Shown: positions 38,005 through 51,215, counted from the stretch's first letter. The stretch: 64,000 nt of DNA from Acidobacteriota bacterium (GCA_965217775.1 CBDCJH010000002.1:4800001-4864000), one strand, 5' to 3'. A program made the numbers and translations. The notes: generated by a model not told the origin, from the letters alone.

Positions 38005-38540
38005 CCCATTTTCCAGACGAAAATGATTCCGGCCAGGACCACCGAAATGAGGAAACGGTACTCCCGGTTCCTGAGGAAGAGCTGCCACTGGAAACGAGTG
38101 GTGGTTCCGCTTCCGGCGGCGGCCGGGCCCGGGAACCGGACCGGACAGAATCGGGGCACGCCGGCGGCATAGGCAGCGTAGTCGCCCCCGTAGTGGCTGA
38201 GCATTTCCCGCTCTTCCCGGAGCATCACCGGCCAATAGATGCCCGGAAACAGAACCAGATAGACCAGGAGCAGCCAGAGCTCCGCCGCCGCCACGGTGAA
38301 ACCGAGCCCGGCCAGAAAGGACCCCAGATAGAGCGGATTCCGGGTCAGGCGGTAGGGGCCCGTCCGGGCCAGTCCCCGCCACTTGTCCAGGTGTCCCGAG
38401 GCCCAGAGGCGGATGCATGCGCCCAGCGCCGCCACCGGCATTCCGAACCAGAACAGGTCCGGACGCGGCTGGGCGAACAGGAAGAGGAGGAGCCCGAAGG
38501 CGAGACCGGCGGGAACCCGGATTCTCTGAACCAGGGTCAT
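38001..38540 (-). CDS. isoprenylcysteine carboxylmethyltransferase/PEMT-like membrane methyltransferase
   Basis: IRLWASGH, LARTGPYRLTRNPLYLG, EERE, Y...VPRF. Confidence 0.88.
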   Translation of the reverse strand: MTLVQRIRVPAGLAFGLLLFLFAQPRPDLFWFGMPVAALGACIRLWASGHLDKWRGLARTGPYRLTRNPLYLGSFLAGLGFTVAAAELWLLLVYLVLFPGIYWPVMLREEREMLSHYGGDYAAYAAGVPRFCPVRFPGPAAAGSGTTTRFQWQLFLRNREYRFLISVVLAGIIFVWKMG

Positions 38541-39646
38541 CGGGGCGCCGGTCCTTTCATAGCCGCCGACAACCGCCGGCAGACCGCCCGGAAGACCTGT
38601 TCCACGGAAATGTTCATGCAGATGAACTCCCCGCAGCTCCGCTTGTTGCAGTCCGAGCAGTAGAGGTAACGCTTGACGATCCGATCCTCCGGGTGAAAGG
38701 GTCCGTTGCGCCGGGCGATGGAGGGACCCATCACCGCCACCGCCGGGGTTCCCAGCGCCACGGCCAGATGAAGGGGACCCGTGTCCCCCGCCACCATCAG
38801 GCGGGAGCGCCGGCAGAGAGCCGCCAGTTCCAGGATCGTGGTGGGAAAACTGACCACGGACCCGGGCCGGGAACGATCCCGGATCTCGCCGACCAGATCC
38901 TCCTCTCCCGGACCGTAGGTGAAGAGCACCGGAAGCTTCAGCCGCCGCCGGATCTCGGAGCCCAGGCGGGCGAACTTGCGGGCGGGCCAGAGCTTGGTTG
39001 GCCACCCGGCGCCCGGATTCAACAGGATCGGCCCGCCGCCGCCAACGGCCTGAAGCCGATGGTCGACGTATCGCTTCGCCTCGGCGGGGATCCGAAAAGG
39101 CACCCTGGCCGTGGGCTCCCCGCCGCACCCCAACGACCCCGCCAGTTCCAGGTTCAGATCGATGACGTGGCCATTTCCGCGGGTCCGGACGGTGTCGGTA
39201 TAGAAGCCGGCCGCCGCCGGCTCGCGGCATCGTTCCCGGCAGAATCCCAGCCGTCTCCCGGCGCCGGAGAGACGGGCCAGGAACGCCGACTTGATCAGGC
39301 CCTGAAAGTCCAACGCCAAGTCGAAGCGCTCCCGCCGCAGCGCCCGGATCAGGTGGACCAGATCCAACGCCGTCCGGGGCTGGCGCCGCCAGCGCTTGGT
39401 GTCGGCCGTCCAGATTCGATGGATGCCGGGAACGGTCTCCAGCAGGCCGCGGTAGTGGGGCTCGACGAGCCAGTGGATCTCACAATCGGGGAAGCGGCGG
39501 TGGACCTGCTGTTGGGCCGGCAGGGCGTGAACGATGTCGCCGAGCGCGCCCAACCGGACGATCAGGATCTTTTCCGGGCAGTTCAGAGTGGGTGAGGAGG
39601 CGGGGCGGGGGCTGCCGGAAGCGACGGAAGAGAAGTTTCGGAGCAT
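38537..39646 (-). CDS. waaC: LPS heptosyltransferase I (GT9)
   Basis: ILIVRLGALGDIVH, DFQGLIKSA, K.WP, GDTGPLHLA. Confidence 0.85.
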   Translation of the reverse strand: MLRNFSSVASGSPRPASSPTLNCPEKILIVRLGALGDIVHALPAQQQVHRRFPDCEIHWLVEPHYRGLLETVPGIHRIWTADTKRWRRQPRTALDLVHLIRALRRERFDLALDFQGLIKSAFLARLSGAGRRLGFCRERCREPAAAGFYTDTVRTRGNGHVIDLNLELAGSLGCGGEPTARVPFRIPAEAKRYVDHRLQAVGGGGPILLNPGAGWPTKLWPARKFARLGSEIRRRLKLPVLFTYGPGEEDLVGEIRDRSRPGSVVSFPTTILELAALCRRSRLMVAGDTGPLHLAVALGTPAVAVMGPSIARRNGPFHPEDRIVKRYLYCSDCNKRSCGEFICMNISVEQVFRAVCRRLSAAMKGPAPR

Positions 39647-39679
39647 ACGATGGGCCCCTCGAGACGGAAGCCCATCGTA

Positions 39680-40732
39680 TCACGGGCGTCTCGGAGCCTG
39701 ATCTTCGGTCAACAGCCGTTGGGCCGCCCGGTAGACCTCTCCGGAGTGAATGCGATCGAAGCAGCGCAGATCGATGGGGCACTCCCGGAGCAGACAGGGG
39801 CTGCACTCCACATGCTTGTGGATGACGGCGGCGTTCGGGCTGAAGGGTCCCGTGGCCACTTCGTCCGTGGATCCGAATACCGCCACCAGCGGCACTCCCA
39901 GCGCAGCCGACAGATGCATGGGACCCGAATCGTTCCCCAGAAACAACCGGCACCGGGCCAGCACCCCGATGAGGGTGGAGAGCGAGGTCCGTCCCACCAG
40001 GAACCGGGGAGTCCGTTTCATCCTCTCCCGGACCCGGACCGCAAGCGGCGTCTCCGAACTGGAACCCAGGAGCACGACCTCGGCACCCATCTCCTCGATC
40101 AGACGATCGGCCACCTCCGCGTAACGCTCCGGGAACCATCGCTTGGCGGAACCGAAGGCCGCTCCCGGATTCAGCCCCACCAAGGGCCTGCCGCGGTCGG
40201 CGCCCGCCTCGCTGAGCAGGGAGTCGGCCGACTCCAGTTGCGCCTGGGAGGGGGTGAGATGGATGTCGGGCCGAAAGGAGGAGTCATTCAGATAGTCGAT
40301 GGGCGAGACACCGGCCTGGAACAGCAGATCCAGGTAGTAGAAGGTCTGGTGACGGCCCAGCTCTCCGGTTCGGGGCCGCACGCCCCGAGTCAGCAGGAAC
40401 CGCCGTCCGTCGGTGGTGTAGCCGATCCGATTCGGGATGCGCGCCGTCAGCGCCAGCAGCGCCGCTTCGAAAGCGTTCTGGAAAAGGACTGCCGTGTCGA
40501 ATCCCCGGAGCCGCCGTCCCACACGGAAAACTCCCCGCACCCCCAGGGATCGGTTCCGGAGCGTGACCAGGTGATCCGCCACGCCTTGTCCTTCGAAGAT
40601 CGGAGCCACCCATTCCCGGGCCAGAAGAGTCAACCGGGCCTGGGGCTGCAGCCGGCGCAGCTCCCTCAGGGCCGCCAGCGACATGACGGCGTCTCCAATC
40701 CAGTTGGTGCAGCGAACCAGGACCTGTTCCAT
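39680..40732 (-). CDS. waaF: LPS heptosyltransferase II (GT9)
   Basis: NWIGDAVM, NPGAAFGSAKRW, NDSGPMH, FGSTD. Confidence 0.92.
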   Translation of the reverse strand: MEQVLVRCTNWIGDAVMSLAALRELRRLQPQARLTLLAREWVAPIFEGQGVADHLVTLRNRSLGVRGVFRVGRRLRGFDTAVLFQNAFEAALLALTARIPNRIGYTTDGRRFLLTRGVRPRTGELGRHQTFYYLDLLFQAGVSPIDYLNDSSFRPDIHLTPSQAQLESADSLLSEAGADRGRPLVGLNPGAAFGSAKRWFPERYAEVADRLIEEMGAEVVLLGSSSETPLAVRVRERMKRTPRFLVGRTSLSTLIGVLARCRLFLGNDSGPMHLSAALGVPLVAVFGSTDEVATGPFSPNAAVIHKHVECSPCLLRECPIDLRCFDRIHSGEVYRAAQRLLTEDQAPRRP

Positions 40733-40755
40733 CGCTCCTGCCTGAGTCCCCCGCT

Positions 40756-41796
40756 TCAGTGCGGATGGGGAAGGCCGGCCACCTCATCCAAGAGAAATCT
40801 GCGGTACTCCACCGGATCTTCGGGCAGGGCCTCGATCTTCAATACGAAGATCTGTCCGGCGCCGAATTCCAGGTCCTGGAGCCGGACCGCGTCCTTTTCC
40901 GTCGTCATCAGCGCCTCGGCTCCATTTTCATCCAGGCTCTCCAGGGCCTGGTCCAGATCACTCTGGCTGTACGGATGATGATCGGGAAACAGGAGCTGGT
41001 GCCGGACGTCCATCTGGTAGTGCTCCAGGTCCTGGACGAAGAGTCCGGGGCTTCCGATGGCCGCCAGGGCAATAACCCGCCTGCCCATGAAATCTCGAGT
41101 CCGGAATTGTCTCCGGCTCTTCAGATCGAAGACGCCGACGGCATCATGGTAGAAGTAGGAGATGGGCGTCAGCTTGTTGTGTCTCCGGATCACCGCCTCC
41201 GGATCGTCGATCTCACCCAACAGGTGGGACCGGGTGATGACCACCAGATCGGCGCGGCCCATGGCGGTCAGAGGCTCCCGGAGGCGTCCCGCGGGCAGGA
41301 GCTTGCCGCCGCCGAAAGGATCGGTGGCATCCACCAGCAGGATATCCAGGTTGCGCTTCAGCCGCAGGTGCTGGAAACCGTCGTCCAGAATGTGGACGAC
41401 CCTGTCGCCGGCGTCCCGTTCCACCAAGGTTCCCGAGCGGTGCCGATCCTTTCCGACCGCGACGCGGACTCCCGGAAGCTGACCGGCCAGGAGGAAGGGC
41501 TCGTCCCCGCTGCTGGCCGCGTCGCATAGAACCTTCCTGCCGTCGCTGACCACCAGAGTCGAGTGCTCGGCCTTGCCCCGGTAGCCACGGCTCAGGATGA
41601 CCGGCTGGTAACCCGCCTTCTTGAGCACGCCGGCCAGATAGGCCACGAAGGGCGTTTTCCCGGTTCCCCCCACCGTCAGGTTGCCGACGCTGATGACCGG
41701 GTTGCGAAGGCGTCTGCGCGAAATGACACCGCGCCGGTAGAGCAACGCTCTGACCCGCATGGCCAGGGAGTAGAGTTGGGAGAGAAGAGCCCACAT
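40756..41796 (-). CDS. lpxK: tetraacyldisaccharide 4'-kinase
   Basis: ISVGNLTVGGTGKTP, SRGY, GDEP, LDDGFQH, PAGRLRE, TTEKDAVR. Confidence 0.97.
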   Translation of the reverse strand: MWALLSQLYSLAMRVRALLYRRGVISRRRLRNPVISVGNLTVGGTGKTPFVAYLAGVLKKAGYQPVILSRGYRGKAEHSTLVVSDGRKVLCDAASSGDEPFLLAGQLPGVRVAVGKDRHRSGTLVERDAGDRVVHILDDGFQHLRLKRNLDILLVDATDPFGGGKLLPAGRLREPLTAMGRADLVVITRSHLLGEIDDPEAVIRRHNKLTPISYFYHDAVGVFDLKSRRQFRTRDFMGRRVIALAAIGSPGLFVQDLEHYQMDVRHQLLFPDHHPYSQSDLDQALESLDENGAEALMTTEKDAVRLQDLEFGAGQIFVLKIEALPEDPVEYRRFLLDEVAGLPHPH

Positions 41797-41802
41797 GCGT
41801 TC

Positions 41803-43221
41803 TCAGGAACCGGCGTCGGGACCCAGGTACTCGCCCACGATGCGAACCGTTCGGCCCACGGCGCCTCGATTGTCGCGAAGGATCCGGCGGGCGTTGCGGC
41901 CCAGTCCCCGGCGGGCCGCCATATTCCCCAGGAGTTCCCTCAGCCGCCGGGACAATTCCCCCGAGTCCCGGACCTGCAACGCCGCACCCCCCTCCAGGAA
42001 GGTCCGGGCCATTTCCCGGAAATTGTGCATGTGAGGCCCCACCAGTATGGGCTTGCCGAAGTACGCCGCCTCGATGATGTTGTGGCCCCCCCAGGTCACC
42101 AGACTGCCCCCCACGAAGACCACCTGGGCCAGTTCATAGACGTGGGCCAACTCACCGATGGTGTCCAGGACCAGCACTTCCAGCCGACCGGGAGAGCCGG
42201 CGTCCCGGAAACCGTTGAGGCTGCTCCGTTTCAGGTGCACGAGGCCCCTCTGCCGCAGCAAGTCGGAGATCTCGGCCGACCTCCGGGGGTGTCTGGGAGC
42301 CAGCACCATGCGGAGATGGGAGTATTCCGTTTTGATCTCGTGGAAGGCGTCCAGAAGCTGCTCCTCTTCTCCCTCCCGGGTGCTGCCGCAGACCCAGATC
42401 GGATCGGCTCCGAACAGGCTTCGAATCCGTCGCGTCAATGCTGCCTGTCCGGGGTCCGGGTCCAAGCTGTAATCGTATTTCAGATTCCCGACCGAGCAGG
42501 TTCTGGATCCAACCGATCCCAGTTCGACGATCCGGGCCCGGTCTTGCGGCGACTGCATGCAGAGACGATCCAACTGCCGGAGAAAAGGCCGCAGCGGGCG
42601 CCGAAAGTACCGGTAGCGAGCGAACGACCGGTCGGAGATCCTGCCGTTGACGAGGACCACAGGGACGCCCAACTCATGGGCGGCGACGATGAACCCGGGC
42701 CAGATCTCCGTTTCCACCACCAGGACGGCCGCCGGATCCAAGCTCCTGAGAAACCTCCTGCAGAGCCAGGGCCAGTCCAGGGGAAAATAGAAGATCCGGG
42801 CCCGGTCCCGGAAAAGCTGGCGGGCCAGGCGCTGCCCGGTCTCGGTGGTGGTGGAGATGCACAGTTGAGACGATTTGAGGTTCAGAGCATCTATCAGGGG
42901 GCGAATCGAGTTGACCTCCCCCACCGAGACGGCGTGGACCCAGAGTCGGGTCCGGGCGGAAGGCGGTGAGGAGAAGCATTCGGGAACCATCATCCGCTTC
43001 CGGAAGGGAACGGGACGATGGCCCCTGAGATAACGAAAGAGGCGGAAGGGGAGCCACAGGATCAGGCCCAGGGTATAGGCCAGCGTGTAGACGGCGATCA
43101 ACAGCGATGGAACCGGGGACGGGCCGTCCGAACCGCGGCCGGGACACCCCGGGGCCGAACCGGCATCTCCTTTGCCGGTTCCACGGTTCAGCCGTGGAAC
43201 CTGTTTCGTCAGGGCGATCAC
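41803..43221 (-). CDS. waaA: Kdo transferase (start may be TTG at 43101)
   Basis: WVHAVSVGE, ETEIWP, NGRIS, GNLKYD, GSTREGEE, APRHP, GGHNIIEAA. Confidence 0.95.
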   Translation of the reverse strand: MIALTKQVPRLNRGTGKGDAGSAPGCPGRGSDGPSPVPSLLIAVYTLAYTLGLILWLPFRLFRYLRGHRPVPFRKRMMVPECFSSPPSARTRLWVHAVSVGEVNSIRPLIDALNLKSSQLCISTTTETGQRLARQLFRDRARIFYFPLDWPWLCRRFLRSLDPAAVLVVETEIWPGFIVAAHELGVPVVLVNGRISDRSFARYRYFRRPLRPFLRQLDRLCMQSPQDRARIVELGSVGSRTCSVGNLKYDYSLDPDPGQAALTRRIRSLFGADPIWVCGSTREGEEEQLLDAFHEIKTEYSHLRMVLAPRHPRRSAEISDLLRQRGLVHLKRSSLNGFRDAGSPGRLEVLVLDTIGELAHVYELAQVVFVGGSLVTWGGHNIIEAAYFGKPILVGPHMHNFREMARTFLEGGAALQVRDSGELSRRLRELLGNMAARRGLGRNARRILRDNRGAVGRTVRIVGEYLGPDAGS

Positions 43222-43249
43222 GGACGCATATAATAACTTGTTTCCCGGC

Positions 43250-43279
43250 TTGACACGGGATTGGTCCTGAGGCTAGTAT
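43250..43279 (+). promoter_or_regulatory. sigma70-type promoter of the str operon
   Basis: TTGACA-18 bp-TAGTAT upstream of rpsL. Confidence 0.6.
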
Positions 43280-43418
43280 TCTCGCTCCTATCACGGCGTG
43301 GGTGGGTTGAGTGCGGATGCCTCAAGGGCATCTTTTTTTGTCTTAGGGAGTTGGTTCTGCTCTCACGCCAAGCGTCGAAGACGGCGCCGGTGGGCAGTTC
43401 CAGGAGTGGGTGGCATCG

Positions 43419-43793
43419 ATGCCGACGTTCAATCAGTTGGTTCGCAAGGGTCGTAAGCCGGTGAGAACCAAGACCAAGAGTCCGGCGCTGCAGTCTTGTC
43501 CTCAAAGGCGTGGAGTTTGTGTTCGCGTGTACACGCAGACTCCGAAGAAACCCAACTCAGCGCTTCGAAAAGTGACTCGCGTACGCTTGACCAACGGGAT
43601 CGAAGTCACCACTTATATTCCGGGAGAGGGACACAATCTGCAGGAGCACTCCATAGTGCTCATTCGTGGCGGCCGGGTGAAGGACCTGCCGGGAGTGCGC
43701 TACCACGTGATCCGCGGGACCTTGGACACGGCCGGCGTAGATAATCGCAACAACAGCCGGTCCAAGTACGGCGCCAAGCGCCCCAAGGGTTAG
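43419..43793 (+). CDS. rpsL: 30S ribosomal protein S12
   Basis: [30 protein letters not shown]. Confidence 0.99.
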   Translation: MPTFNQLVRKGRKPVRTKTKSPALQSCPQRRGVCVRVYTQTPKKPNSALRKVTRVRLTNGIEVTTYIPGEGHNLQEHSIVLIRGGRVKDLPGVRYHVIRGTLDTAGVDNRNNSRSKYGAKRPKG

Positions 43794-43863
43794 CTGGGTC
43801 TTCAACCGCGGCATCGGCGCCGAATTCTATCGCAGCTTGCATTTGTGTCCAGGAGCCATCGAG

Positions 43864-44334
43864 ATGTCTAGAAGACGGGATGTCCCCAAACGAGACGTGG
43901 CTCCCGATCCCGTGTACAGCAGCCGGTTGGTGAGCCGTTTCATCAATCAGTCCATGGCGCGGGGAAAGAAGAGTGTTTCCGAGAGAAACTTTTACGCCGC
44001 CATGAACCTGATCCAGGAGCGGACGGGAGAAGATCCGTTGAGGATCTTCAAGAAGGCGGTGGACAGGGTCAAGCCCATGGTGGAGACCAAGTCGCGCCGG
44101 GTGGGGGGATCGACCTATCAGGTTCCCATCGAAGTCAGCACCCGGCGGCAGACCTCGCTGGCCATTCGCTGGCTGGTGGGCTATGCCCGGGCCCGTCACG
44201 AAAAGACCATGAGGGAAAGGCTTGCCAACGAGCTCGCCGATGCCGCGAATGACCGCGGCGGAGCCGTACGCAGGAAGATGGACGTGCACCGGATGGCCGA
44301 GGCCAACCGTGCCTTCGCACACTACCGATGGTGA
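43864..44334 (+). CDS. rpsG: 30S ribosomal protein S7
   Basis: [25 protein letters not shown]. Confidence 0.99.
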   Translation: MSRRRDVPKRDVAPDPVYSSRLVSRFINQSMARGKKSVSERNFYAAMNLIQERTGEDPLRIFKKAVDRVKPMVETKSRRVGGSTYQVPIEVSTRRQTSLAIRWLVGYARARHEKTMRERLANELADAANDRGGAVRRKMDVHRMAEANRAFAHYRW

Positions 44335-44386
44335 GAGGGAAGGGCTCGATTAACAGCGGGGCCTGCATCGAGGGAAGATCAGTACA

Positions 44387-46495
44387 GTGGCCACTCAGTC
44401 TGCGCTTGAAAGGACGCGAAATATCGGCATCATGGCCCACATCGATGCCGGTAAGACGACGACTACCGAGCGGGTTCTCTACTACACGGGAATCACCTAC
44501 AAACTGGGTGAAGTGCACGAAGGAACCGCCACCATGGACTGGATGCCCCAGGAACAGGAACGGGGCATCACCATCACCTCCGCCGCCACGACCTGCCACT
44601 GGAAGAATTTTCGCATCAACATCATCGATACCCCGGGCCACGTAGACTTCACGGCCGAGGTCGAACGATCCCTGCGGGTACTGGACGGCGCCATTGCCGT
44701 TTTCGACGCCGTCGCGGGCGTCGAGCCCCAGTCCGAGGCCGTCTGGCGCCAGGCGGACAAGTATCGGGTGCCGCGGATCGCCTTCATGAACAAGATGGAC
44801 CGGTTGGGAGCCGATTTTTTCGCCGCTATGGAATCCATGACCCACAAGCTGGGGGCAAACCCGGTTCCGGTTCAGATTCCGTTGGGCCAGGAGGAATCGT
44901 TCGAAGGCGTCATCGACCTGATCTCCCGCAAGGCCATCCGGTACGAAGCCGAGACCTTGGGTGCCAATTTCGTGGAAGGCGAAATTCCTGAGGAATGGCG
45001 GGAGGTGGCGGAGCACTGGCGCGAGAAGATGGTGGAAGCCGTCGTCGAGGTGGACGAGCAGTTGCTGGAAAAGTACGTGCACGGTGAGCCCATCGACCCC
45101 GACTCCCTCAAGCGCGCGCTGCGATTGGGGACCCGCCAGGGCAGCTTCACTCCCTGCCTCTGCGGGGCCGCTTTCAAGAACAAGGGTGTGCAACCCCTGT
45201 TGGACGGCATCGTCGATTTCCTGCCCTCGCCGCTGGAGGTGCCCCCACCGGAGGGAACCGACCCGGTCACCGGAGATCCGGTGGCTCCCCGAGCCTCCCA
45301 GGATGACCCTTTCTCGGCTCTCGTATTCAAGATCATGGGCGACCCGTTCGTCGGACAACTGGCCTTCGTCCGCGTCTACTCCGGATGCCTGAAGGCCGGC
45401 TCGAAGGTCTACAACTCGGCTTCCGGCCGGAAAGAGCGAGTGGGCCGATTGCTCAAGATGCACGCCAACAAGCGGGAGGAACTCAGGGAGCTCGGCGCCG
45501 GTGACATCGCCGCCGTGGTGGGACTCAAGACGGTGGCGACGGGAGACACGATTTGCGATCCGGTCCGGCCCATGTTGCTGGAATCCATGGATTTTCCGGC
45601 TCCCGTGATCTCGGTGGCGATCGAGCCCAAGACGCGTCCCGACCAGGATAGGCTGGGACTCGCACTGGCGAAGCTGGTTCAGGAAGATCCTACTTTTCAG
45701 ACTCACACCGATCCGGAAACGGGGCAGACCCTGATCTCGGGCATGGGAGAGTTGCATTTGGAGATCATCGTGGATCGCCTGCTGCGCGAGTTCGGCGTCG
45801 GCGCCAACGTGGGCAAGCCGCACGTGGCATACAGGGAGAGCATTTTGAGTATGGCTGAAGGACACGGCCGTTTCGTCCGCCAGACCGGCGGCCGCGGCCA
45901 GTACGGCGACGCCAAGGTCCGGGTCGAGCCCCTGGAGCCGGGTGAGTCGGAAAACGGGTTCCTGTTCGAGGATGTGAGCGGCGGCGGTGCGATCCCTCGA
46001 GAATTCGTTCCGGCGGTGAAGGCCGGTGTGCGGGAGGCCATGGAAGGCGGGATCCTGGCCGGCTGCGAGATGCAGAACATCAAGGTGACCCTGTTGGACG
46101 GCTCATCTCACGACGTGGACTCGTCGGAGATCGCGTTCAAGATCGCAGGCTCCCTGGCCTTCAAGGAGGCCGTCCGGAAAGCGGGTCCCATCCTGCTGGA
46201 ACCGGTCATGAAGGTCGAGGTGGTGGTGCCCCAGGAGTACATGGGCGAGGTCATCGGCGACCTCAACGGCCGCCGGGGTCGAGTCGGCCGGTTGGAACCC
46301 CGAGGAGGGAGCCAGGTGATCACGGCCTACGTGGCCTTGGAGACCATGTTCGGCTACGCCACCGGACTGCGGTCGATTACACAGGGGAGAGCGACCTATA
46401 CCATGCACTTCGAGCGTTACGAAGAGGTCCCCAGACAGGTCGTTGAAGAACAGGTGGCGCGAACCCACGGCCGGATTTTGACCCGGTCAGGTTGA
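44387..46495 (+). CDS. fusA: elongation factor G
   Basis: [36 protein letters not shown]. Confidence 0.99.
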   Translation: MATQSALERTRNIGIMAHIDAGKTTTTERVLYYTGITYKLGEVHEGTATMDWMPQEQERGITITSAATTCHWKNFRINIIDTPGHVDFTAEVERSLRVLDGAIAVFDAVAGVEPQSEAVWRQADKYRVPRIAFMNKMDRLGADFFAAMESMTHKLGANPVPVQIPLGQEESFEGVIDLISRKAIRYEAETLGANFVEGEIPEEWREVAEHWREKMVEAVVEVDEQLLEKYVHGEPIDPDSLKRALRLGTRQGSFTPCLCGAAFKNKGVQPLLDGIVDFLPSPLEVPPPEGTDPVTGDPVAPRASQDDPFSALVFKIMGDPFVGQLAFVRVYSGCLKAGSKVYNSASGRKERVGRLLKMHANKREELRELGAGDIAAVVGLKTVATGDTICDPVRPMLLESMDFPAPVISVAIEPKTRPDQDRLGLALAKLVQEDPTFQTHTDPETGQTLISGMGELHLEIIVDRLLREFGVGANVGKPHVAYRESILSMAEGHGRFVRQTGGRGQYGDAKVRVEPLEPGESENGFLFEDVSGGGAIPREFVPAVKAGVREAMEGGILAGCEMQNIKVTLLDGSSHDVDSSEIAFKIAGSLAFKEAVRKAGPILLEPVMKVEVVVPQEYMGEVIGDLNGRRGRVGRLEPRGGSQVITAYVALETMFGYATGLRSITQGRATYTMHFERYEEVPRQVVEEQVARTHGRILTRSG

Positions 46496-46559
46496 ACCGT
46501 CCCGGAGGGACATGGAAGCGACGTCGATCAGGATCGACTGAATCGGAAAAGAGGGCGAG

Positions 46560-47747
<1,188 letters not shown>

Positions 47748-47757
47748 GCCCAACAGC

Positions 47758-48084
47758 ATGAACAACGAGAAGATCCGCATCCGACTCAAGGCCTACGACC
47801 ACCGGGTTCTGGACCATTCCACCGGTGAGATCGTGGATATCGCGCGCCGCACCGGCGCCCGGGTCTCGGGACCGATCCCGTTGCCCACCCGCATCGGCCG
47901 TTACACCGTCTTGCGCTCTCCCCACGTGGACAAGAAGTCCAGGGAGCAGTTCGAAATCAGGACTCACAAGCGCCTCGTGGACATCCTCGATCCGACGCCG
48001 CAGACGGTGGACGCGTTGATGAAGCTGGATCTTCCGGCCGCCATCGACGTGGAGATCAAGGCCTACGGAGCCGACAAGGAATAA
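47758..48084 (+). CDS. rpsJ: 30S ribosomal protein S10
   Basis: [24 protein letters not shown]. Confidence 0.99.
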   Translation: MNNEKIRIRLKAYDHRVLDHSTGEIVDIARRTGARVSGPIPLPTRIGRYTVLRSPHVDKKSREQFEIRTHKRLVDILDPTPQTVDALMKLDLPAAIDVEIKAYGADKE

Positions 48085-48086
48085 CC

Positions 48087-48734
48087 ATGCTCCAAGGGAT
48101 GATCGGCAGGAAAGTGGGAATGACCCAACTCTTCGACGAAGCGGGTCAGGTCATTCCGGTGACGGTGCTTCGGACCGGCCCTTGTATCGTGGTCCAGAAG
48201 AAGACCCCCGAGAAGGAGGGCTACGCCGCACTTCAGCTGGGTCTCATCGAGCCCGGAACCCGGTCCCGGCGTCTCACTCTGGGCGTGAGAGGCCATTTGC
48301 GAAAAGCAGGTTCGCCGCCGACCCGGATCCTGCGCGAGTTTGCGTACGAAGAGACTGAACGGACCCCTTTGAGAGTCGGGGACGAAGTGCTGGTCCACCA
48401 GGTTTTTCAGGCCGACGACACCGTCAACGTCGTCGGCACCAGCAAGGGCCGCGGGTTTCAGGGCGTGATCAAGCGCCACGGATTCGGCGGGGGCCAGGCG
48501 ACCCATGGATCCATGTTTCATCGGGGGCCAGGCTCCATCGGCCAGAGCGCTTCTCCCAGTCGAGTCTTCCCCGGGACCCGCGGGCCCGGGCGGATGGGGA
48601 ACAAGCGGGTCACCATTCGAAATCTACAGGTGGTCAAGGTGGACGAAGAGAACCACCTGTTGCTGGTCAAGGGCTCGGTGCCGGGCAGCCGGGCCCGCTA
48701 CCTCACCATTGTTCGTTCCGGGAGGCGGAATTGA
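48087..48734 (+). CDS. rplC: 50S ribosomal protein L3
   Basis: [24 protein letters not shown]. Confidence 0.98.
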   Translation: MLQGMIGRKVGMTQLFDEAGQVIPVTVLRTGPCIVVQKKTPEKEGYAALQLGLIEPGTRSRRLTLGVRGHLRKAGSPPTRILREFAYEETERTPLRVGDEVLVHQVFQADDTVNVVGTSKGRGFQGVIKRHGFGGGQATHGSMFHRGPGSIGQSASPSRVFPGTRGPGRMGNKRVTIRNLQVVKVDEENHLLLVKGSVPGSRARYLTIVRSGRRN

Positions 48735-49372
48735 CGGAGTCGGCGCCGGAAGTCCAGGTCAGGAATCTGCGCAACGAGGTGGTGGAGACACTGGCCCTCT
48801 CGCAGCAGGTATTCGACTACCGGGCGTCCGAGTCCTTGCTGTGGGAAGCGGTGACCGCCTTTCTGGCAGGCCGGCGCAAGGGTTCCCACTCCACCAAGAC
48901 TCGTGCCGAAGTGCGGGGCGGCGGCCGGAAACCATGGCGGCAAAAAGGAACCGGACGGGCCCGGGCCGGAACCATCAGAAGTCCGCTCTGGAGATCGGGA
49001 GGCGTGACCTTCGGTCCCAAGCCGAGAAACTACGCGCAGTCGCTGTCCAAGAAGAAGCGGAGAGGGGCCGTCAAGCTGGTCCTTTCGGACAAGCTCAAGA
49101 ATGAAAAGCTTCTGGTTCTGGACTCGTTGGAGTTGTCCAACCACAAGACCCGGAAATTCGTGGACGTCATGAGCACCTTCGACCTGACCCGGAAGCTGTT
49201 GGTAGTGGATTCGAGAGCGAACCGGAACCTCTTCCTGAGCACTCGAAACCTGCCGGGAGTCAAGATGGTTCCGGCACTCGGAGTCAACGTCTACGACTTG
49301 CTGAACGCCGAGTTCCTGATGATTAGCAAGGTTTCATTGCTGGAACTGCAGGAGGTGTTGCTGAGGTCATGA
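48731..49372 (+). CDS. rplD: 50S ribosomal protein L4
   Basis: [14 protein letters not shown]. Confidence 0.98.
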   Translation: MTESAPEVQVRNLRNEVVETLALSQQVFDYRASESLLWEAVTAFLAGRRKGSHSTKTRAEVRGGGRKPWRQKGTGRARAGTIRSPLWRSGGVTFGPKPRNYAQSLSKKKRRGAVKLVLSDKLKNEKLLVLDSLELSNHKTRKFVDVMSTFDLTRKLLVVDSRANRNLFLSTRNLPGVKMVPALGVNVYDLLNAEFLMISKVSLLELQEVLLRS

Positions 49373-49665
49373 GCAAGTACGATATTCTCAGGCTCCCCCA
49401 TATTACCGAGAAGGCCGCCATTCAAAAGGATGAGCTCGATGGCCGGATGGTGGTCTTCAAGGTTCGACCCGAGGCCACGAAGCAGCAGGTGAAGACGGCG
49501 GTCCAGGGAATTTTCGAGGTCGAGGTCGAGTCCGTTCGAACCGCCAACTTCAGGGGAAAGGTCAAGAGAATGGGCAAATACCGAGGAAGACGAGCCAATT
49601 GGAAAAAAGCCTACGTGACCCTGAAATCCGGCCAGGACATGCCGGAATTTTTTGACACGGTGTAG
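49369..49665 (+). CDS. rplW: 50S ribosomal protein L23
   Basis: [13 protein letters not shown]. Confidence 0.98.
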   Translation: MSKYDILRLPHITEKAAIQKDELDGRMVVFKVRPEATKQQVKTAVQGIFEVEVESVRTANFRGKVKRMGKYRGRRANWKKAYVTLKSGQDMPEFFDTV

Positions 49666-49670
49666 AACCG

Positions 49671-50495
49671 ATGCCTTTGAAAAGTTATAAGCCCACGTCA
49701 CCCGGCACCAGATTCCGAACCGTTCAGACCGGCGAGGATCTGACCGACATCAAGCCGCTCAAGCGCATGACCCGGGGGAAGAAGCGGATCAGCGGTCGCA
49801 ACAGCGACGGCAAGATCTGCGTCCGGCGCCGGGGAGGCGGCCACAAGCGGCGCTATCGAACGATCGACTTCAAGCGAAACAAGGATGGGGTGCCGGCGCG
49901 GGTCGCCGCCATCGAATACGACCCCAATCGGAGCGCCCGGATCGCCCGGCTCCACTACCTGGATGGAGAGAAGCGTTACATCCTGGCTCCGAACGGGTTG
50001 AAGGTGGGAGACGAGGTGGTCTCGGGACCGGCGGTCGACATCATGCCCGGCAATTGCCTGCCCATCGCCAACATCCCATTGGGAACCATGATCCACAACA
50101 TCGAACTGACCCAGGGCCGGGGAGGTCAGATGGTGCGGTCCGCGGGCGGTAGCGCCCAGTTGCTGGCCAGAGAGGGCAAGTACGCACAGATCAAGCTGCC
50201 CTCGGGCGAGGTGCGCAAGGTTCACGTCCTCTGCCGGGCCACTATCGGCCAAGTCGGAAACGTCGACCACGAGAACGTCTCTCTGGGAAAGGCCGGAGCC
50301 AACCGTTGGCGCGGGCGCCGACCCAAGGTTCGCGGTGTGGCCATGAACCCGGTCGACCATCCCATGGGCGGAGGCGAAGGGAAGAGTTCGGGTGGACGTC
50401 ATCCCACCTCACCCTGGGGTTGGAAGACGAAAGGCTACCGGACCCGAAGGAACAACCGGACCGGCAAGATGATTGTCCGCCGGAGGAAAAAATAG
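49671..50495 (+). CDS. rplB: 50S ribosomal protein L2
   Basis: [21 protein letters not shown]. Confidence 0.99.
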   Translation: MPLKSYKPTSPGTRFRTVQTGEDLTDIKPLKRMTRGKKRISGRNSDGKICVRRRGGGHKRRYRTIDFKRNKDGVPARVAAIEYDPNRSARIARLHYLDGEKRYILAPNGLKVGDEVVSGPAVDIMPGNCLPIANIPLGTMIHNIELTQGRGGQMVRSAGGSAQLLAREGKYAQIKLPSGEVRKVHVLCRATIGQVGNVDHENVSLGKAGANRWRGRRPKVRGVAMNPVDHPMGGGEGKSSGGRHPTSPWGWKTKGYRTRRNNRTGKMIVRRRKK

Positions 50496-50503
50496 GAGTC
50501 CCC

Positions 50504-50788
50504 ATGCCCAGATCGGTTAAAAAGGGTCCCTTTGTGGACGATCACTTGGTCAAGAAATTGCGTCACCTGAATGAAACCAACGAGAGGGCGGTCATCCGGA
50601 CCTGGTCCCGGAGATCGACCATCACGCCGGAGATGGTGGGACACACGATTGCCGTTCACAACGGCAAGAAGTTCATTCCCATCTACATCACCGAGAACGT
50701 CGTGGGACATAAACTGGGCGAGTTCGCCCCCACAAGAAATTTCAGGGGACACATTCGAAGATCTGAGCGCATGGCCAGGATGCGTTAG
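50504..50788 (+). CDS. rpsS: 30S ribosomal protein S19
   Basis: [29 protein letters not shown]. Confidence 0.99.
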   Translation: MPRSVKKGPFVDDHLVKKLRHLNETNERAVIRTWSRRSTITPEMVGHTIAVHNGKKFIPIYITENVVGHKLGEFAPTRNFRGHIRRSERMARMR

Positions 50789-50857
50789 CGGCAGCGGAAC
50801 GAAATCGACGGGTCCGGCACCGGCCGGACCGGCGGCAAAGGTTGCGGAGCAGGATTT

Positions 50858-51205
50858 GTGGAAGCATCGGCCACGGCAAAATACGTGAAAGGGTCGCCCC
50901 AGAAGGCTCGTTTGGTCATCGACCTGATTCGGGGCCGGAAGGTGGAGGCAGCGCTGGACATTCTCCGTTTTTCGGGGAAGAGGGCGGCTCGCCCCATCTC
51001 CAAGGTATTGCGTTCGGCCATTGCCAACGCCGAGCAGCAATCGTCGATCCTAGACGTGGATGATCTGATCGTGAAGGAGGCCTACGTCGACCTGGGACCG
51101 ACCAAGTGGCGTTTCAGGATGCGCCCCGTTCCCATGGGGCGGGCCTTCCGCGAGCGGCGTCGCCAGAGCCATATTACGATCCGGGTTTCGGACGGAAAGT
51201 CATAG
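50858..51205 (+). CDS. rplV: 50S ribosomal protein L22
   Basis: [25 protein letters not shown]. Confidence 0.98.
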   Translation: MEASATAKYVKGSPQKARLVIDLIRGRKVEAALDILRFSGKRAARPISKVLRSAIANAEQQSSILDVDDLIVKEAYVDLGPTKWRFRMRPVPMGRAFRERRRQSHITIRVSDGKS

Positions 51206-51215
51206 GAGGCGCACT

